A DNA stretch of 64,000 nt from Bacteroidales bacterium (GCA_049975425.1 JBNGDI010000017.1:4757-68756); one strand, 5' to 3'. Shown: positions 11,976 to 21,545, counted from the stretch's first letter. The notes: a model not told the origin generated them from the letters alone. Numbers and translations are program-made.

Positions 11976-12015
11976 CTTTAACAATCTTTAACAAACCTTA
12001 TCAAAACTTAACCAA
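11976..12015. promoter_or_regulatory. Four 10-bp-phased direct repeats (TTAAC-type boxes), putative response-regulator binding site
   Basis: ctttaacaat/ctttaacaaa/ccttatcaaa/acttaaccaa, lying between two divergent -7 elements. Confidence 0.65.
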
Positions 12016-12024
12016 AGGTTGATA

Positions 12025-12032
12025 TACATTTG
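12025..12032 (+). promoter_or_regulatory. Bacteroidota -7 promoter element for the candidate sRNA
   Basis: TACATTTG matches TAnnTTTG. No + strand CDS follows. Confidence 0.65.
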
Positions 12033-12038
12033 TGGTGC

Positions 12039-12162
12039 AGAAGGAAAGCATTCTTTTTTTTCTGAACAGGAAGAGAAAGAATGCCATCCGAATTTCGGAG
12101 TTTAGGTTAGAGTTAGGTTAGGGAAAAAGAGGCCGTGACCGCCCGGTTACGGCCTCTTTTTT
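12039..12162 (+). ncRNA. Candidate small regulatory RNA (~125 nt)
   Basis: -7 box, 16-bp hairpin (12048-12084), short hairpin (12087-12099), UUAG repeats (12102-12123) and terminator with U6 tail. The G-U pairs work on the + strand only. Confidence 0.65.
12124..12162. terminator. Bidirectional intrinsic terminator
   Basis: AAAAAGAGGCCGTGACC-GCCC-GGTTACGGCCTCTTTTTT. Confidence 0.85.
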
Positions 12163-12586
12163 AGAACAGCAACTTGTTTTTTGATCTGAGGCTGCCCGGA
12201 TTTACGGGGATAAAAGCCCTGACGGCCGGCATGGATTTTATGGCGGAAATGAGGCCGGCAGATGGCGTGTTTTTATCGTCGGAATGAATGCTCAGAAAGA
12301 AATCAACGTTTTTCAGTTCCTCCAGAAGGTATCCGTTTTCCCCACGATTCCCTATCAGGCGATAGGTAATATGGGTTTTTTCATCGACAAAGGTGTAATG
12401 GGCAAATTCCTGAGTAAGCGATTCTCCGGGGTGTTCAATTTTCAGGTTCTCCGTTCTTTTCAGGTCCCATTCCATAGTCCGGTTGATCAGCCATGCCAGC
12501 CGGTAGTCGCGTTCATCGCTTACCAGCCCGAAAAGGAGAAAATCGTACTCGGGTTTGAAATCAAGTTTATGGGTTCGTTTTTTCAC
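12161..12586 (-). CDS. IPExxxVDY-family protein
   Basis: DYRLAWLIN and YLLEELKNVDF motifs, SLRSKNKLLF end. Probable GTG start at 12586, -7 box TATCTTTG at 12607-12614. Confidence 0.7.
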   Translation of the reverse strand: MKKRTHKLDFKPEYDFLLFGLVSDERDYRLAWLINRTMEWDLKRTENLKIEHPGESLTQEFAHYTFVDEKTHITYRLIGNRGENGYLLEELKNVDFFLSIHSDDKNTPSAGLISAIKSMPAVRAFIPVNPGSLRSKNKLLF

Positions 12587-12656
12587 GATGGGTTTACCGT
12601 TTTCCCAAAGATACAAAGGACCGGAGAAAGTAAAAACAGGTCGTCACACTGGTTTT

Positions 12657-13379
12657 TCAGATACCGATATGGCTCAGGGCACGGGAGGCGGCTTGCTGTT
12701 CCGATTCCTTTTTGGAGTAACCCCTGCCGGTTCCGATAGTTTCGTTATTTAGCAGGACCCGGGTTGTGAATACGAGTTCATGGTTTTCGTCAGCGAACGA
12801 ATCTACTTCAAAATCAATAGAAGCTCTGTTTTTTTGTGCCCATTCCACCAGACGGCTTTTGAAATCCCGGTTATCTTCCTCTAAGCGGGGCAGGTCGAGG
12901 TAATTTTTCAGGATTCTGTTGAGAATGAATTTCCGGGTTTTTTTATATCCTTTATCGAGGTAAACTGCGCCTACCAGTGCTTCGAAACTATTTCCCCACA
13001 GGTGCTTTACCTTACGGTTTGCTTCGGTATGGGAAATCAGAAATTCTTCGAGACCCACCTCGCGTGCCAGCTGGTTCAGAGTTTCCCTTCTGACGATCAG
13101 TGACCTGAGTCTGGAAAGGAATCCTTCGTCACCGGCGGGATAATGACGGAAGAGGTAGTCGGAAACCACGGCATCCAGAACGGCATCGCCCAGGAACTCA
13201 AGTCTTTCGTTGTTAAAGGGTTCTCCGTGGGGGCCTGTGATGGATACGGAGCGATGGATAAAAGCGCGTTCATAGTACGATGATTTTCCGGGGGGAAACC
13301 CCAGGATTTTTTTCAAGCGGCGACGCAGCTTTTTGGTAGATGGATGAAGGGTATGAGGGGATTTACTGAGCTGGCCCAC
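12657..13379 (-). CDS. rnc: Ribonuclease III
   Basis: NERLEFLGDAVL signature and C-terminal dsRBD. Confidence 0.97.
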   Translation of the reverse strand: MGQLSKSPHTLHPSTKKLRRRLKKILGFPPGKSSYYERAFIHRSVSITGPHGEPFNNERLEFLGDAVLDAVVSDYLFRHYPAGDEGFLSRLRSLIVRRETLNQLAREVGLEEFLISHTEANRKVKHLWGNSFEALVGAVYLDKGYKKTRKFILNRILKNYLDLPRLEEDNRDFKSRLVEWAQKNRASIDFEVDSFADENHELVFTTRVLLNNETIGTGRGYSKKESEQQAASRALSHIGI

Positions 13380-13382
13380 TGT

Positions 13383-14636
13383 TTAACCGGAATATTTCTT
13401 AAAGATTACGGAAGCATTATGCCCGCCAAACCCAAAGGTGTTGCTCAATGCGGCTCTCACTTCTCTTTTCTGGGCTTTGTTGGGGGTAAAGTTTAGACGG
13501 TTGTCGATTTCCGGATCCAGTTGCCTGAGGTTAATGGTAGGAGGCACCATATCGTTTACGCAGGAAAGAATAGCGGCAATGGCCTCGACCGCCCCGGCGG
13601 CTCCCAGCAGGTGTCCTGTCATGGATTTGGTAGAACTGAGATTGAGGCGGTAGGCATATTCGCCGAAAAGTTTTACAATGGCTTTTACTTCGGCAATATC
13701 ACCCAGCGGCGTAGCAGTTCCGTGCAGGTTGATGTAGTCGATTTCTTCGGGATTCATCCCTGCATCTTCCAGGGTGCGTTTCATTACCAGATAGGCGCCG
13801 TCTCCTTCGGGATGGGGGGCAGTGAGGTGGTAGGCATCGGCAGACATGCCGGTTCCCACCAGTTCTGCATAGATATGTGCACCCCGGCTCAGGGCATGTT
13901 CCAGGTCTTCCAGAATGAGGGCTCCGGCTCCCTCTCCCATGACGAATCCGTCGCGGGATGCATCAAAGGGGCGGGAAGCGGTTTTATATTCCTCATTGTT
14001 TGTGGAGATAGCCTGCATGGCGTTGAATCCTCCCACTCCGGCCGGATTGATGGATGCTTCCGATCCTCCGGTGATGAAAACACAGGCCTTTCCCAGGCGG
14101 ATGTAATGAAAGGCATCGATGATGGCGTTGGTGGACGTGGCGCACGCACTGACCACTCCGAAGTTGGGGCCGCGGAAACCGTATTTCATGGAAATATGTC
14201 CGGCAGCAATATCGGAGATCATTTTGGGAATGAAAAAAGGGTTGAAACGGGGAGTGTACCCCCCGTTTACAAACCCGGTAATCTCCTCCAGGAACGTGTC
14301 TATTCCACCAATTCCGGAACCATAAATTACCCCCACCCTGTCTTTATCGATTTTTTCAAGGTCAAGTCCGGAATCTTTCATGGCTTCGTCAACAGCATAC
14401 AGGGCGTATTGCGAATACTGGTCGAGCTTCCGTAATTCTTTCCTTTCAAAACAGGCGTGGGGGTCGAAGTTTTTTACTTCGCAGGCAAATCTGGTTTTAA
14501 ATTTTTGGGCATCAAAACGAGTAATCAAGTCGCAGCCACTTACTCCCTGTATCAGGTTGTTCCAGTATTCCTGAACAGTATTTCCCAGTGGGGTAAGGGC
14601 TCCCAATCCGGTAACAACAACCCGTTTTAATTCCAT
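13383..14636 (-). CDS. fabF: Beta-ketoacyl-ACP synthase II
   Basis: RVVVTGLG, SACATS, HGT and GH catalytic motifs, NTFGFGGHN. ATG at 14636. Confidence 0.97.
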   Translation of the reverse strand: MELKRVVVTGLGALTPLGNTVQEYWNNLIQGVSGCDLITRFDAQKFKTRFACEVKNFDPHACFERKELRKLDQYSQYALYAVDEAMKDSGLDLEKIDKDRVGVIYGSGIGGIDTFLEEITGFVNGGYTPRFNPFFIPKMISDIAAGHISMKYGFRGPNFGVVSACATSTNAIIDAFHYIRLGKACVFITGGSEASINPAGVGGFNAMQAISTNNEEYKTASRPFDASRDGFVMGEGAGALILEDLEHALSRGAHIYAELVGTGMSADAYHLTAPHPEGDGAYLVMKRTLEDAGMNPEEIDYINLHGTATPLGDIAEVKAIVKLFGEYAYRLNLSSTKSMTGHLLGAAGAVEAIAAILSCVNDMVPPTINLRQLDPEIDNRLNFTPNKAQKREVRAALSNTFGFGGHNASVIFKKYSG

Positions 14637-14649
14637 AAAGAACCAGAAT

Positions 14650-14886
14650 TTACTTTGCGTTTTCTTCGATGTACTTGATGGCTTCACCCACTGTGCTGAT
14701 GGTTTCGGCCTGATCATCCGGAATTCCGATATTGAATTCCTTTTCAAATTCCATGATCAGTTCCACAGTGTCAAGAGAATCGGCTCCCAGGTCATTGGTG
14801 AAGCTGGCTTCCGGAGTTACTTCATTTTCATCAACACCCAATTTGTCTACGATGATCGCTTTCACTCTTGATGCAATATCAGACAT
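14650..14886 (-). CDS. acpP: Acyl carrier protein
   Basis: [12 protein letters not shown]. Confidence 0.99.
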   Translation of the reverse strand: MSDIASRVKAIIVDKLGVDENEVTPEASFTNDLGADSLDTVELIMEFEKEFNIGIPDDQAETISTVGEAIKYIEENAK

Positions 14887-15061
14887 AACCTTAAGATTTA
14901 GTTAATAATAAAATGATCTAAAATCACGTGCAAAGAAATGCAAAACAAAATAAATCCCCAACAAAAATAATTTTTTTTCCACATTTTGAACAGTTTTCGG
15001 TCATTTTTTCCTTTCCTTCCATTATTTTTGAAACGGCCGTATAATCTATATTTCCGACAAA

Positions 15062-15637
15062 ATGGAATACATTGCCGTGTTTGCCTCGGGAACGGGGACC
15101 AATGCAGAAAACCTGATAATGTATTTCAGGACCCATCCACATTGCCGGGTGAAACTGGTATTATGCAACAAGCCCGGAGCCGGGGTGCTTGACCGGGCCG
15201 CCCGGCTGGGTGTAAAAAGCGTGGTTATTACACGGCAAGATCTTTATGAAACCGGACGTGCACTGAATCTGCTGAAGGAACACCGGGTTGATTTTATTGT
15301 TCTGGCCGGATTTCTGTGGCTGATTCCACAGCCTGTCCTGGAGGCTTACCCGGGAAGAATAGTCAATATTCATCCGGCACTGTTACCTGCCTACGGAGGG
15401 AAAGGGATGTACGGCCGGCGGGTGCACGAAGCCGTGATAAAAAACGGGGACAAAAAGTCGGGGGTGACAGTGCATCTGGTCAATGAAGAATATGATGCCG
15501 GTAATATTTTGTTTCAGGAAGAATGTGATGTGCTGCCCGGCGATACCCCCGATACCCTGGCTGAGAGAGTTCATCAGCTTGAATATGAGCACTATCCCCG
15601 AGTTGTGGAAGAATGGATTAGCAAACAGAAAGCATGA
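15062..15637 (+). CDS. purN: Phosphoribosylglycinamide formyltransferase
   Basis: ASGTGTN, NIHPALLP, SGVTVH. Confidence 0.96.
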   Translation: MEYIAVFASGTGTNAENLIMYFRTHPHCRVKLVLCNKPGAGVLDRAARLGVKSVVITRQDLYETGRALNLLKEHRVDFIVLAGFLWLIPQPVLEAYPGRIVNIHPALLPAYGGKGMYGRRVHEAVIKNGDKKSGVTVHLVNEEYDAGNILFQEECDVLPGDTPDTLAERVHQLEYEHYPRVVEEWISKQKA

Positions 15638-15641
15638 GCGG

Positions 15642-16955
15642 TCAGGGTAGTTCGATCGTTTGTAACAGGTGTACCAGAAATTTGCGTTTTTTTCTGAATA
15701 ATTCCATGTTTTCTTCTCTGACCGGTTCCACGGGTGGAGCTTCCACTTTCAGCGGGTCTACCGGGCTCCCGTTTCTGTAAAACCTGAAATCAAGATGCGG
15801 GCCGGTGGAAAGTCCCGTACTTCCCACATAACCAATAATATCTCCCTGTCTTACCTTCACCCCTGGCCGGATTCCCGGGCCGAAACCCGACAGATGCATA
15901 TAGGCTGTGGAATACACACTATTGTGCCTTATCTTCACAATTCGGCCGGCCTGACCCTGCCAGGCGGCGGAAGTTACGACACCGTCGCCCACGGCCAGCA
16001 CCGGGGTGCCAACAGGAGCGGCGTAATCTACTCCCAGATGGGGTCGCCGGTATTTCAGAATGGGATGCATCCGGCTGTATGAAAACCGCGAACTGATCCG
16101 GGAAAACCGCAGGGGGGCCTTCAGGAATGCTTTCCGGAGGCTGTTTCCGAACTGGTCAAAGTATCCCAGGGTGCTGTCCTGAACCAGGGGAATGGCATAG
16201 ACATCCTGTCCCATATGATGAAAGAGGGCTCCCATAATTTGTGTGATTCCCATGGAAAGGGTATCCACGAAGCTTTCTTGATACACAACCCGGAAATGGT
16301 CTCCTTTCTGCAATCCGAAAAAATCTACCGTCCAGGCATAAATCTCTGAAAGTTCAAAAGCCAGGGCGGGATGAATACCCTGTTCCTGCAGAGTGTTCCA
16401 CAGGGATGTTTCGATAATTCCTGTGGCAACGCGGGTTTTGCTTATAACGGGTTTGGATGCCTTATAAACCCTGACCGGGGAGTGCAGGTCGAAAACCACC
16501 TGTTCAGAAAGATCATGTTCGTATACCAGTACGCGTAGAACAGGGAGAGTATCTCCTTCCAGAAATGCTGTGTACCTGTTTCCCGACCGGATTTTACGTA
16601 TGTCGAATATTTCTTTGCTAGCCCTGACCAGGGAATCGATAACAGGGTATTCTACCCCGAAATCTTCCAGCAGGGAGGCAAGGAACTGATTTTTTTTGAT
16701 CCGGCCGCTCAATTCGGTATAGTTACCTTCGGGGATCAGTCCGTTTCCGTTTTTCTGTGCGGCATGGTGTGTTACTGAATAACCGGTTAAGGATTCCGGT
16801 TCTGCCTCTTGTTCCTGCATACAGCCGGAAAAGTTTATGAGTGCCGTTATAAAAAAACAAAGTACAAAGACCGGAAAGCCGGTAAATCCCCTTCTATTCC
16901 CCGTTACGATCCTTCCCGCAGTATTTTGGAACATGCCGTGCTCAGAGATTTTCAT
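15642..16955 (-). CDS. M23-family peptidoglycan DD-endopeptidase (MepM-like)
   Basis: HLGVDY and STGPHLDF zinc motifs. ATG at 16955 immediately after leuS. Confidence 0.9.
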   Translation of the reverse strand: MKISEHGMFQNTAGRIVTGNRRGFTGFPVFVLCFFITALINFSGCMQEQEAEPESLTGYSVTHHAAQKNGNGLIPEGNYTELSGRIKKNQFLASLLEDFGVEYPVIDSLVRASKEIFDIRKIRSGNRYTAFLEGDTLPVLRVLVYEHDLSEQVVFDLHSPVRVYKASKPVISKTRVATGIIETSLWNTLQEQGIHPALAFELSEIYAWTVDFFGLQKGDHFRVVYQESFVDTLSMGITQIMGALFHHMGQDVYAIPLVQDSTLGYFDQFGNSLRKAFLKAPLRFSRISSRFSYSRMHPILKYRRPHLGVDYAAPVGTPVLAVGDGVVTSAAWQGQAGRIVKIRHNSVYSTAYMHLSGFGPGIRPGVKVRQGDIIGYVGSTGLSTGPHLDFRFYRNGSPVDPLKVEAPPVEPVREENMELFRKKRKFLVHLLQTIELP

Positions 16956-16956
16956 T

Positions 16957-19614
16957 TCAAACCACCACGTTAATGATACGTTTGGGCACCACAATGATTT
17001 TTCTGGGTTTTTTCCCGTTGAGCCACCTGGCCGAGCGTTCATCATTCAGTACCGCTTCCCTGATCCGGTCTTCATTCATATCGACCGGGAGCTCGAGTTT
17101 GAACCTGAGTTTTCCGTTAAATGAAACAGGATATTCGAAACGGTCTTCTTTCAGATATTCCTCGTTAAAGGATGGGAACTCCGCATCGACAACAGAAGGG
17201 GGATATCCGAGCCGTTCCCAGAGCTCTTCGGCCACATGGGGTGCGAAAGGGGAAAGGACTCTTACAAAGGCGGAGGCGGTATCCCGGCTCACTTTCCCTT
17301 TTTTTATGCAGGCGTTGGTGAAGATCATCATCTGTGAAACGGCCGTATTGAAGCGAAGTCCTTCAATATCGTTTTCCACCTTCCGGATGGTTTGATGCAG
17401 TACTTTCAGTATATTTTCGTCCTTTTCTTCCCCGTTGTAGAGATTTTCAGGAGAAGAAAAGAAGCGGTACACCCTGTTCAAAAAATGATATACCCCCTTG
17501 ATGCCGTTTTCTGACCAGGGCTTGGCAGCATCGAGTGGTCCCATGAACATTTCATACAGGCGCATGGAATCGGCCCCGTAATTCTTTATTACATCATCGG
17601 GATTAACCACGTTTTTCAGTGATTTTGACATTTTGGCCACAATCTGTTTCAGTTCCTCACCGGTTTCGGTATGGAAGAAACGCCCGTCTTTTTCTTCCAC
17701 CAGGTTGGAAGGCACCTTGGCCCCGCTGGCCGTTTCATAGGCATATGCCAGGATCATTCCCTGGTTAAAAAGTTTCCGGAAAGGTTCGTCGGTGGATACG
17801 ATGCCCAGGTCGTACAACACTTTGTGCCAGAACCTGGCATACAACAGGTGCAGCACGGAATGTTCGGCTCCTCCGATATACAGATCGACAGGCATCCAGT
17901 AGGCTTCTTTTCCGGGATCGAAGATTCTCTCGTGGTTATGTGGATCGATATACCGCAAGTAATACCAGCAGGAACCTGCCCACTGGGGCATGGTATTGGT
18001 TTCGCGCCTTCCTTTTCTGCCGTCTTTTCCGGTTACTTCAAGCCAATCCCCCGCATTGGCCAGAGGTGATTCCCCGTGTTCTCCGGGCTGGTAGTTTTCC
18101 AGTTCGGGAAGAACCAGGGGCAGCTCCGATTCGTCAATCAGGCTTATTTCTCCGTCTTCCCAGTGTATTACCGGGAAGGGTTCGCCCCAGTATCGCTGCC
18201 TGCTGAATAACCAGTCGCGGAGCTTGTAATTCACAGCCCTCCGGCCGTATTGTTTCTGTTCCAGCCAGCGAATGGTGGTTTCAATGCCCTGGTCTTTGTT
18301 CAGCCCGTTAATATCGAGTCCGGACCGGGGATCTGCTGAGTGGATATAACTGCCATCTTCTGTCCAGCATGCTTTTCCTTTCAGGAGCTGTTCTCTTGTT
18401 TCAGGATTGGCTCCTATGGGGTCCATGATACAACGGACGGGAAGGTTGAATTTTCGGGCAAATTCAAAATCGCGTGTATCATGTGCGGGGACGGCCATAA
18501 TGGCTCCTGTGCCGTAACCCATCAATACGTAGTCGGCAATCCATATCGGGATTTTTTCCCCGTTCACGGGATTTATGGCATAGCTGCCGGTAAATACGCC
18601 TGTTTTTTCTCTGGCCAGATCGGTGCGGTCGAGGTCGGATTTTTTGGAAGCTTCCTCCAGGTAAGCCCGGAAGGTTTCCTTTTGTTCGGGAACCGTCAGC
18701 GGATCTGCCAGTGGATGTTCCGGTGAAAGGACCATATAGGTGGCTCCAAAGAGGGTATCGGGGCGGGTGGTAAAAACCCTGATTTTGTGTTCGTGTTTTT
18801 CCACCGGGAAGTCCACTTCGGCACCGGTCGATTTCCCTATCCAGTTGCGTTGCATATCTTTTACTCCTTCCGGCCAGTCGAGGGAGTTCAGCCCTTCAAG
18901 CAGCCGTTCAGCGTACTGGGATATGCGCAGCATCCATTGCTTAAGTACCCTGCGTGTTACGATATGCCCGCATTTTTCATGGGTTCCGTCGTTCAGTACC
19001 TCTTCATTTGCGCATACAATGTGGCAATGGCTGCACCACCACACCTGGGCATCGGCGTAATATGCCAGCCGGCGACCATTTTGATATTCCCGGACGGCTT
19101 TTTTACCGGCAGCTGCTATTTCTGCGGGTATCGGGAGTTCGTCAATGGGCCTGCCCTTTTGCCTTTGATCGTCAAACCAGGTATTGTACAGTTTCATAAA
19201 AATCCACTGGGTCCATTTATAGTATGCCGGGTCGGTAGTATTAATTTCCCTGTTCCAGTCATATCCCAGTCCCAGGGCTTTGATCTGATTCCGGAAGGTG
19301 TCGCAGTTACGACGGGTAGTGACGTAGGGGTGGGTCCCGGTTTGAATGGCATACTGTTCGGCAGGCAGACCAAAAGCATCCCAGCCCATGGGATGCAGCA
19401 CATTATATCCTTTCATGCGTTTATATCTGGCCACGATATCGGTGGCTGTATATCCTTCGGGATGACCCACATGCAATCCAGCCCCTGAAGGATAGGGGAA
19501 CATATCCAGCACATAATACTTGGGCAGGGCAGGATCGGCTTCCACCTGCCAGGTTTTGTCTCTTTCCCAGTAATCCTGCCATTTATTTTCAATCTCTCTG
19601 AAATTATAATCCAT
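16957..19614 (-). CDS. leuS: Leucine--tRNA ligase
   Basis: [21 protein letters not shown] editing domain, KMSKS. Confidence 0.99.
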   Translation of the reverse strand: MDYNFREIENKWQDYWERDKTWQVEADPALPKYYVLDMFPYPSGAGLHVGHPEGYTATDIVARYKRMKGYNVLHPMGWDAFGLPAEQYAIQTGTHPYVTTRRNCDTFRNQIKALGLGYDWNREINTTDPAYYKWTQWIFMKLYNTWFDDQRQKGRPIDELPIPAEIAAAGKKAVREYQNGRRLAYYADAQVWWCSHCHIVCANEEVLNDGTHEKCGHIVTRRVLKQWMLRISQYAERLLEGLNSLDWPEGVKDMQRNWIGKSTGAEVDFPVEKHEHKIRVFTTRPDTLFGATYMVLSPEHPLADPLTVPEQKETFRAYLEEASKKSDLDRTDLAREKTGVFTGSYAINPVNGEKIPIWIADYVLMGYGTGAIMAVPAHDTRDFEFARKFNLPVRCIMDPIGANPETREQLLKGKACWTEDGSYIHSADPRSGLDINGLNKDQGIETTIRWLEQKQYGRRAVNYKLRDWLFSRQRYWGEPFPVIHWEDGEISLIDESELPLVLPELENYQPGEHGESPLANAGDWLEVTGKDGRKGRRETNTMPQWAGSCWYYLRYIDPHNHERIFDPGKEAYWMPVDLYIGGAEHSVLHLLYARFWHKVLYDLGIVSTDEPFRKLFNQGMILAYAYETASGAKVPSNLVEEKDGRFFHTETGEELKQIVAKMSKSLKNVVNPDDVIKNYGADSMRLYEMFMGPLDAAKPWSENGIKGVYHFLNRVYRFFSSPENLYNGEEKDENILKVLHQTIRKVENDIEGLRFNTAVSQMMIFTNACIKKGKVSRDTASAFVRVLSPFAPHVAEELWERLGYPPSVVDAEFPSFNEEYLKEDRFEYPVSFNGKLRFKLELPVDMNEDRIREAVLNDERSARWLNGKKPRKIIVVPKRIINVVV

Positions 19615-19789
19615 TCCTGCTATGATTTGATGGGTGGGGGCCCCTGTTAAAAGGACAAAAATATTAAAATATTGGAGATGTATCTAAATAAATGACCTGT
19701 GAATGATTTGTATTCATGCGTGTTTTCAGAAAAAATGGAATTTTCTTTTTAAGAACATAAATTATCCTTTGTATATTTGCGCTGTTTCA

Positions 19790-19865
19790 GGTCCCGTAGT
19801 TCAATGGATAGAACGTCAGATTCCGGTTCTGAAAGTTGGGGGTTCGAGTCCCTCCGGGATCACCA
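19790..19865 (+). tRNA. tRNA-Arg(CCG)
   Basis: Cloverleaf GGTCCCG...CGGGATC-A-CCA, anticodon arm TCAGA-TTCCGGT-TCTGA, TTCGA T-loop. -7 box TATATTTG at 19772-19779. Confidence 0.97.
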
Positions 19866-19869
19866 CCAG

Positions 19870-19900
19870 GCACCTGCAACAACGGGTGCATTTTTGTTTC
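19870..19900 (+). terminator. Probable terminator after tRNA-Arg
   Basis: GCACCTG-CAACAA-CGGGTGC followed by ATTTTTGTTT. Confidence 0.55.
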
Positions 19901-20011
19901 ATGTAACCAATCAAGCAAAAGGAACGTATAATACAGATAATTGCAGATTAAGGCAATGCTTGCCATGAAAAAGAGGAACAATTTTTGATGCTTTTATGCA
20001 AAATGTATACC

Positions 20012-20416
20012 ATGAAGAAACGATTGTTTTCTTCAGTATGTTGTATGTTATTGATATCCTGTGTATATGCGGGGGGGAAGGCAGGTTGGGGAAAATGGAT
20101 TACCACCGGAACATGGGACATAAGCCATTTTCAGGAACCGCAGGCGCCTGAGAAACCGGATAAAAAGTTCCGTGTTTATCCCAATCCGGTGCAGGATGAG
20201 ATGAAGATTGCCTACGACCTGAAGAAGGAAACCCCAGTGATGATGGAAATACGGGATATTACAGGGAAAAAGGTCATGGATGAGAACCTGGAAAGGTTGA
20301 AGGGGGAATCGGAGCTGACGGTTAATCTTTCCGGATTGAGAAAGGGGATTTATTTCATAAAATTTTATTCCACCGAGCCACTTCTTTATGAAATAGTCAA
20401 GATTCAGAAGTTATAA
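20012..20416 (+). CDS. Small T9SS type A sorting-domain protein
   Basis: Signal peptide, then VYPNPV...DITGK...LRKGIYFIK...KIQK C-terminal domain. Confidence 0.85.
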   Translation: MKKRLFSSVCCMLLISCVYAGGKAGWGKWITTGTWDISHFQEPQAPEKPDKKFRVYPNPVQDEMKIAYDLKKETPVMMEIRDITGKKVMDENLERLKGESELTVNLSGLRKGIYFIKFYSTEPLLYEIVKIQKL

Positions 20417-20437
20417 TAAATAATCCGGGGTAATAAA

Positions 20438-20469
20438 AAAAAAGGGGGATGCGCGCATCCCCCTTTTTT
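20438..20469. terminator. Bidirectional terminator (perfect palindrome)
   Basis: AAAAAAGGGGGATGCGCGCATCCCCCTTTTTT between convergent genes. Confidence 0.85.
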
Positions 20470-20482
20470 ATCCGGTAAATGT

Positions 20483-20956
20483 TTACCGGATACTTTCAGT
20501 TTTCCTTGCGGAATAGTTGATTTTCAATGCGCTGGCACGTCTCAGCGCCTGTTTTACATCGGTGACGATTCCCATCCGGGTATCTTCATCGATTTTCAGA
20601 GAAACGGTCATTTTGGTCTGATCCGCCTCACTCAACTGGTCGCGTTCCTGGGCAATAAATTCTTCAATATCCCTTACCTGCTTGAACTGGTCGTTCAGCT
20701 GGATCCTGGGCTCAGTTCCGTAAAGATCCTGGTAGGTTTTGTGTGGCACACCGATGTAGATATAACTAACCAGTGATTTATTTTCCAGCTTTTTTACCTC
20801 TGTGGCATCCGGAGGTTTAATGGACACTTTCAGTGTCACTTCCCGCATAACAGTGGTAACCATGAAAAAGAAAAGAAGCATAAAGACAATGTCGGGAAGT
20901 GAAGCGGTATTGATTGCGCCTACTTCTTTTTTCTTTTTATTTCCGAATTTTGCCAT
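20483..20956 (-). CDS. exbD: ExbD/TolR family protein
   Basis: NTASLPDIVFMLLFFFMV TM with the conserved Asp. Confidence 0.9.
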   Translation of the reverse strand: MAKFGNKKKKEVGAINTASLPDIVFMLLFFFMVTTVMREVTLKVSIKPPDATEVKKLENKSLVSYIYIGVPHKTYQDLYGTEPRIQLNDQFKQVRDIEEFIAQERDQLSEADQTKMTVSLKIDEDTRMGIVTDVKQALRRASALKINYSARKTESIR

Positions 20957-20957
20957 T

Positions 20958-21545
20958 TTACTGCCCTCCAACATTTTTTGGTTCGGCCTCTGAAATGTTC
21001 AAAGGATAGATGGTTCTGATCGCTTCCTGCTGATCTTCCGGCAGATCGTCAAATTTTTCCCCGAAATTCTGCATTGCCAGTTCATCCCGCAGCTCATTGT
21101 ATGCTGCCACCAGCTCGTTTTGGACCTGCAGGTAGGTCTTATAGGATGTCCCCCGGTCGTTCTGGACAGAAATCACTCCTTTATTACAGACCTCTACTGT
21201 ACCGAAATAAGGAACTTCCTGTACGGTTTTTTCGGGAAGAGCCGGGTCATTGTTCGGATTGGCAATGAATTCCTTGGCTCTTTCCCGAAGCTGTGTAATA
21301 TCGAAAGGTTCGAGTTCCACCAGGAGTTCATTGTCTTTATTGATCATGACGAGAAAGACGTTCCTTTCCCTGATCCGGTCCTGGTTCTGCATATCCTCTT
21401 CCCTGGGCATGGGAGGGAGCCTCCGCATGATTCCCGAATCGGTATCGAGGGTAGTGGTTACCAGGAAGAAAATCAGAAGCAGAAAGGCAATATCTGCCAT
21501 CGGTGCTGCATTGATCTCTTGTAATTTTTTCTTGCTTCCGGGCAT
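20958..21545 (-). CDS. exbD: ExbD/TolR family protein
   Basis: NAAPMADIAFLLLIFFLV TM with the conserved Asp. Confidence 0.9.
   Translation of the reverse strand: MPGSKKKLQEINAAPMADIAFLLLIFFLVTTTLDTDSGIMRRLPPMPREEDMQNQDRIRERNVFLVMINKDNELLVELEPFDITQLRERAKEFIANPNNDPALPEKTVQEVPYFGTVEVCNKGVISVQNDRGTSYKTYLQVQNELVAAYNELRDELAMQNFGEKFDDLPEDQQEAIRTIYPLNISEAEPKNVGGQ

Noticed and set aside
12100..12123. TTAGG repeats as eukaryotic telomere contamination or a G-quadruplex
   Set aside because: Only 24 nt, embedded in a coherent bacterial intergenic region, and the tract has just three GG runs.
19703..19981. Small ORFs around 19.7-20.0 kb
   Set aside because: They overlap tRNA-Arg and are spurious.
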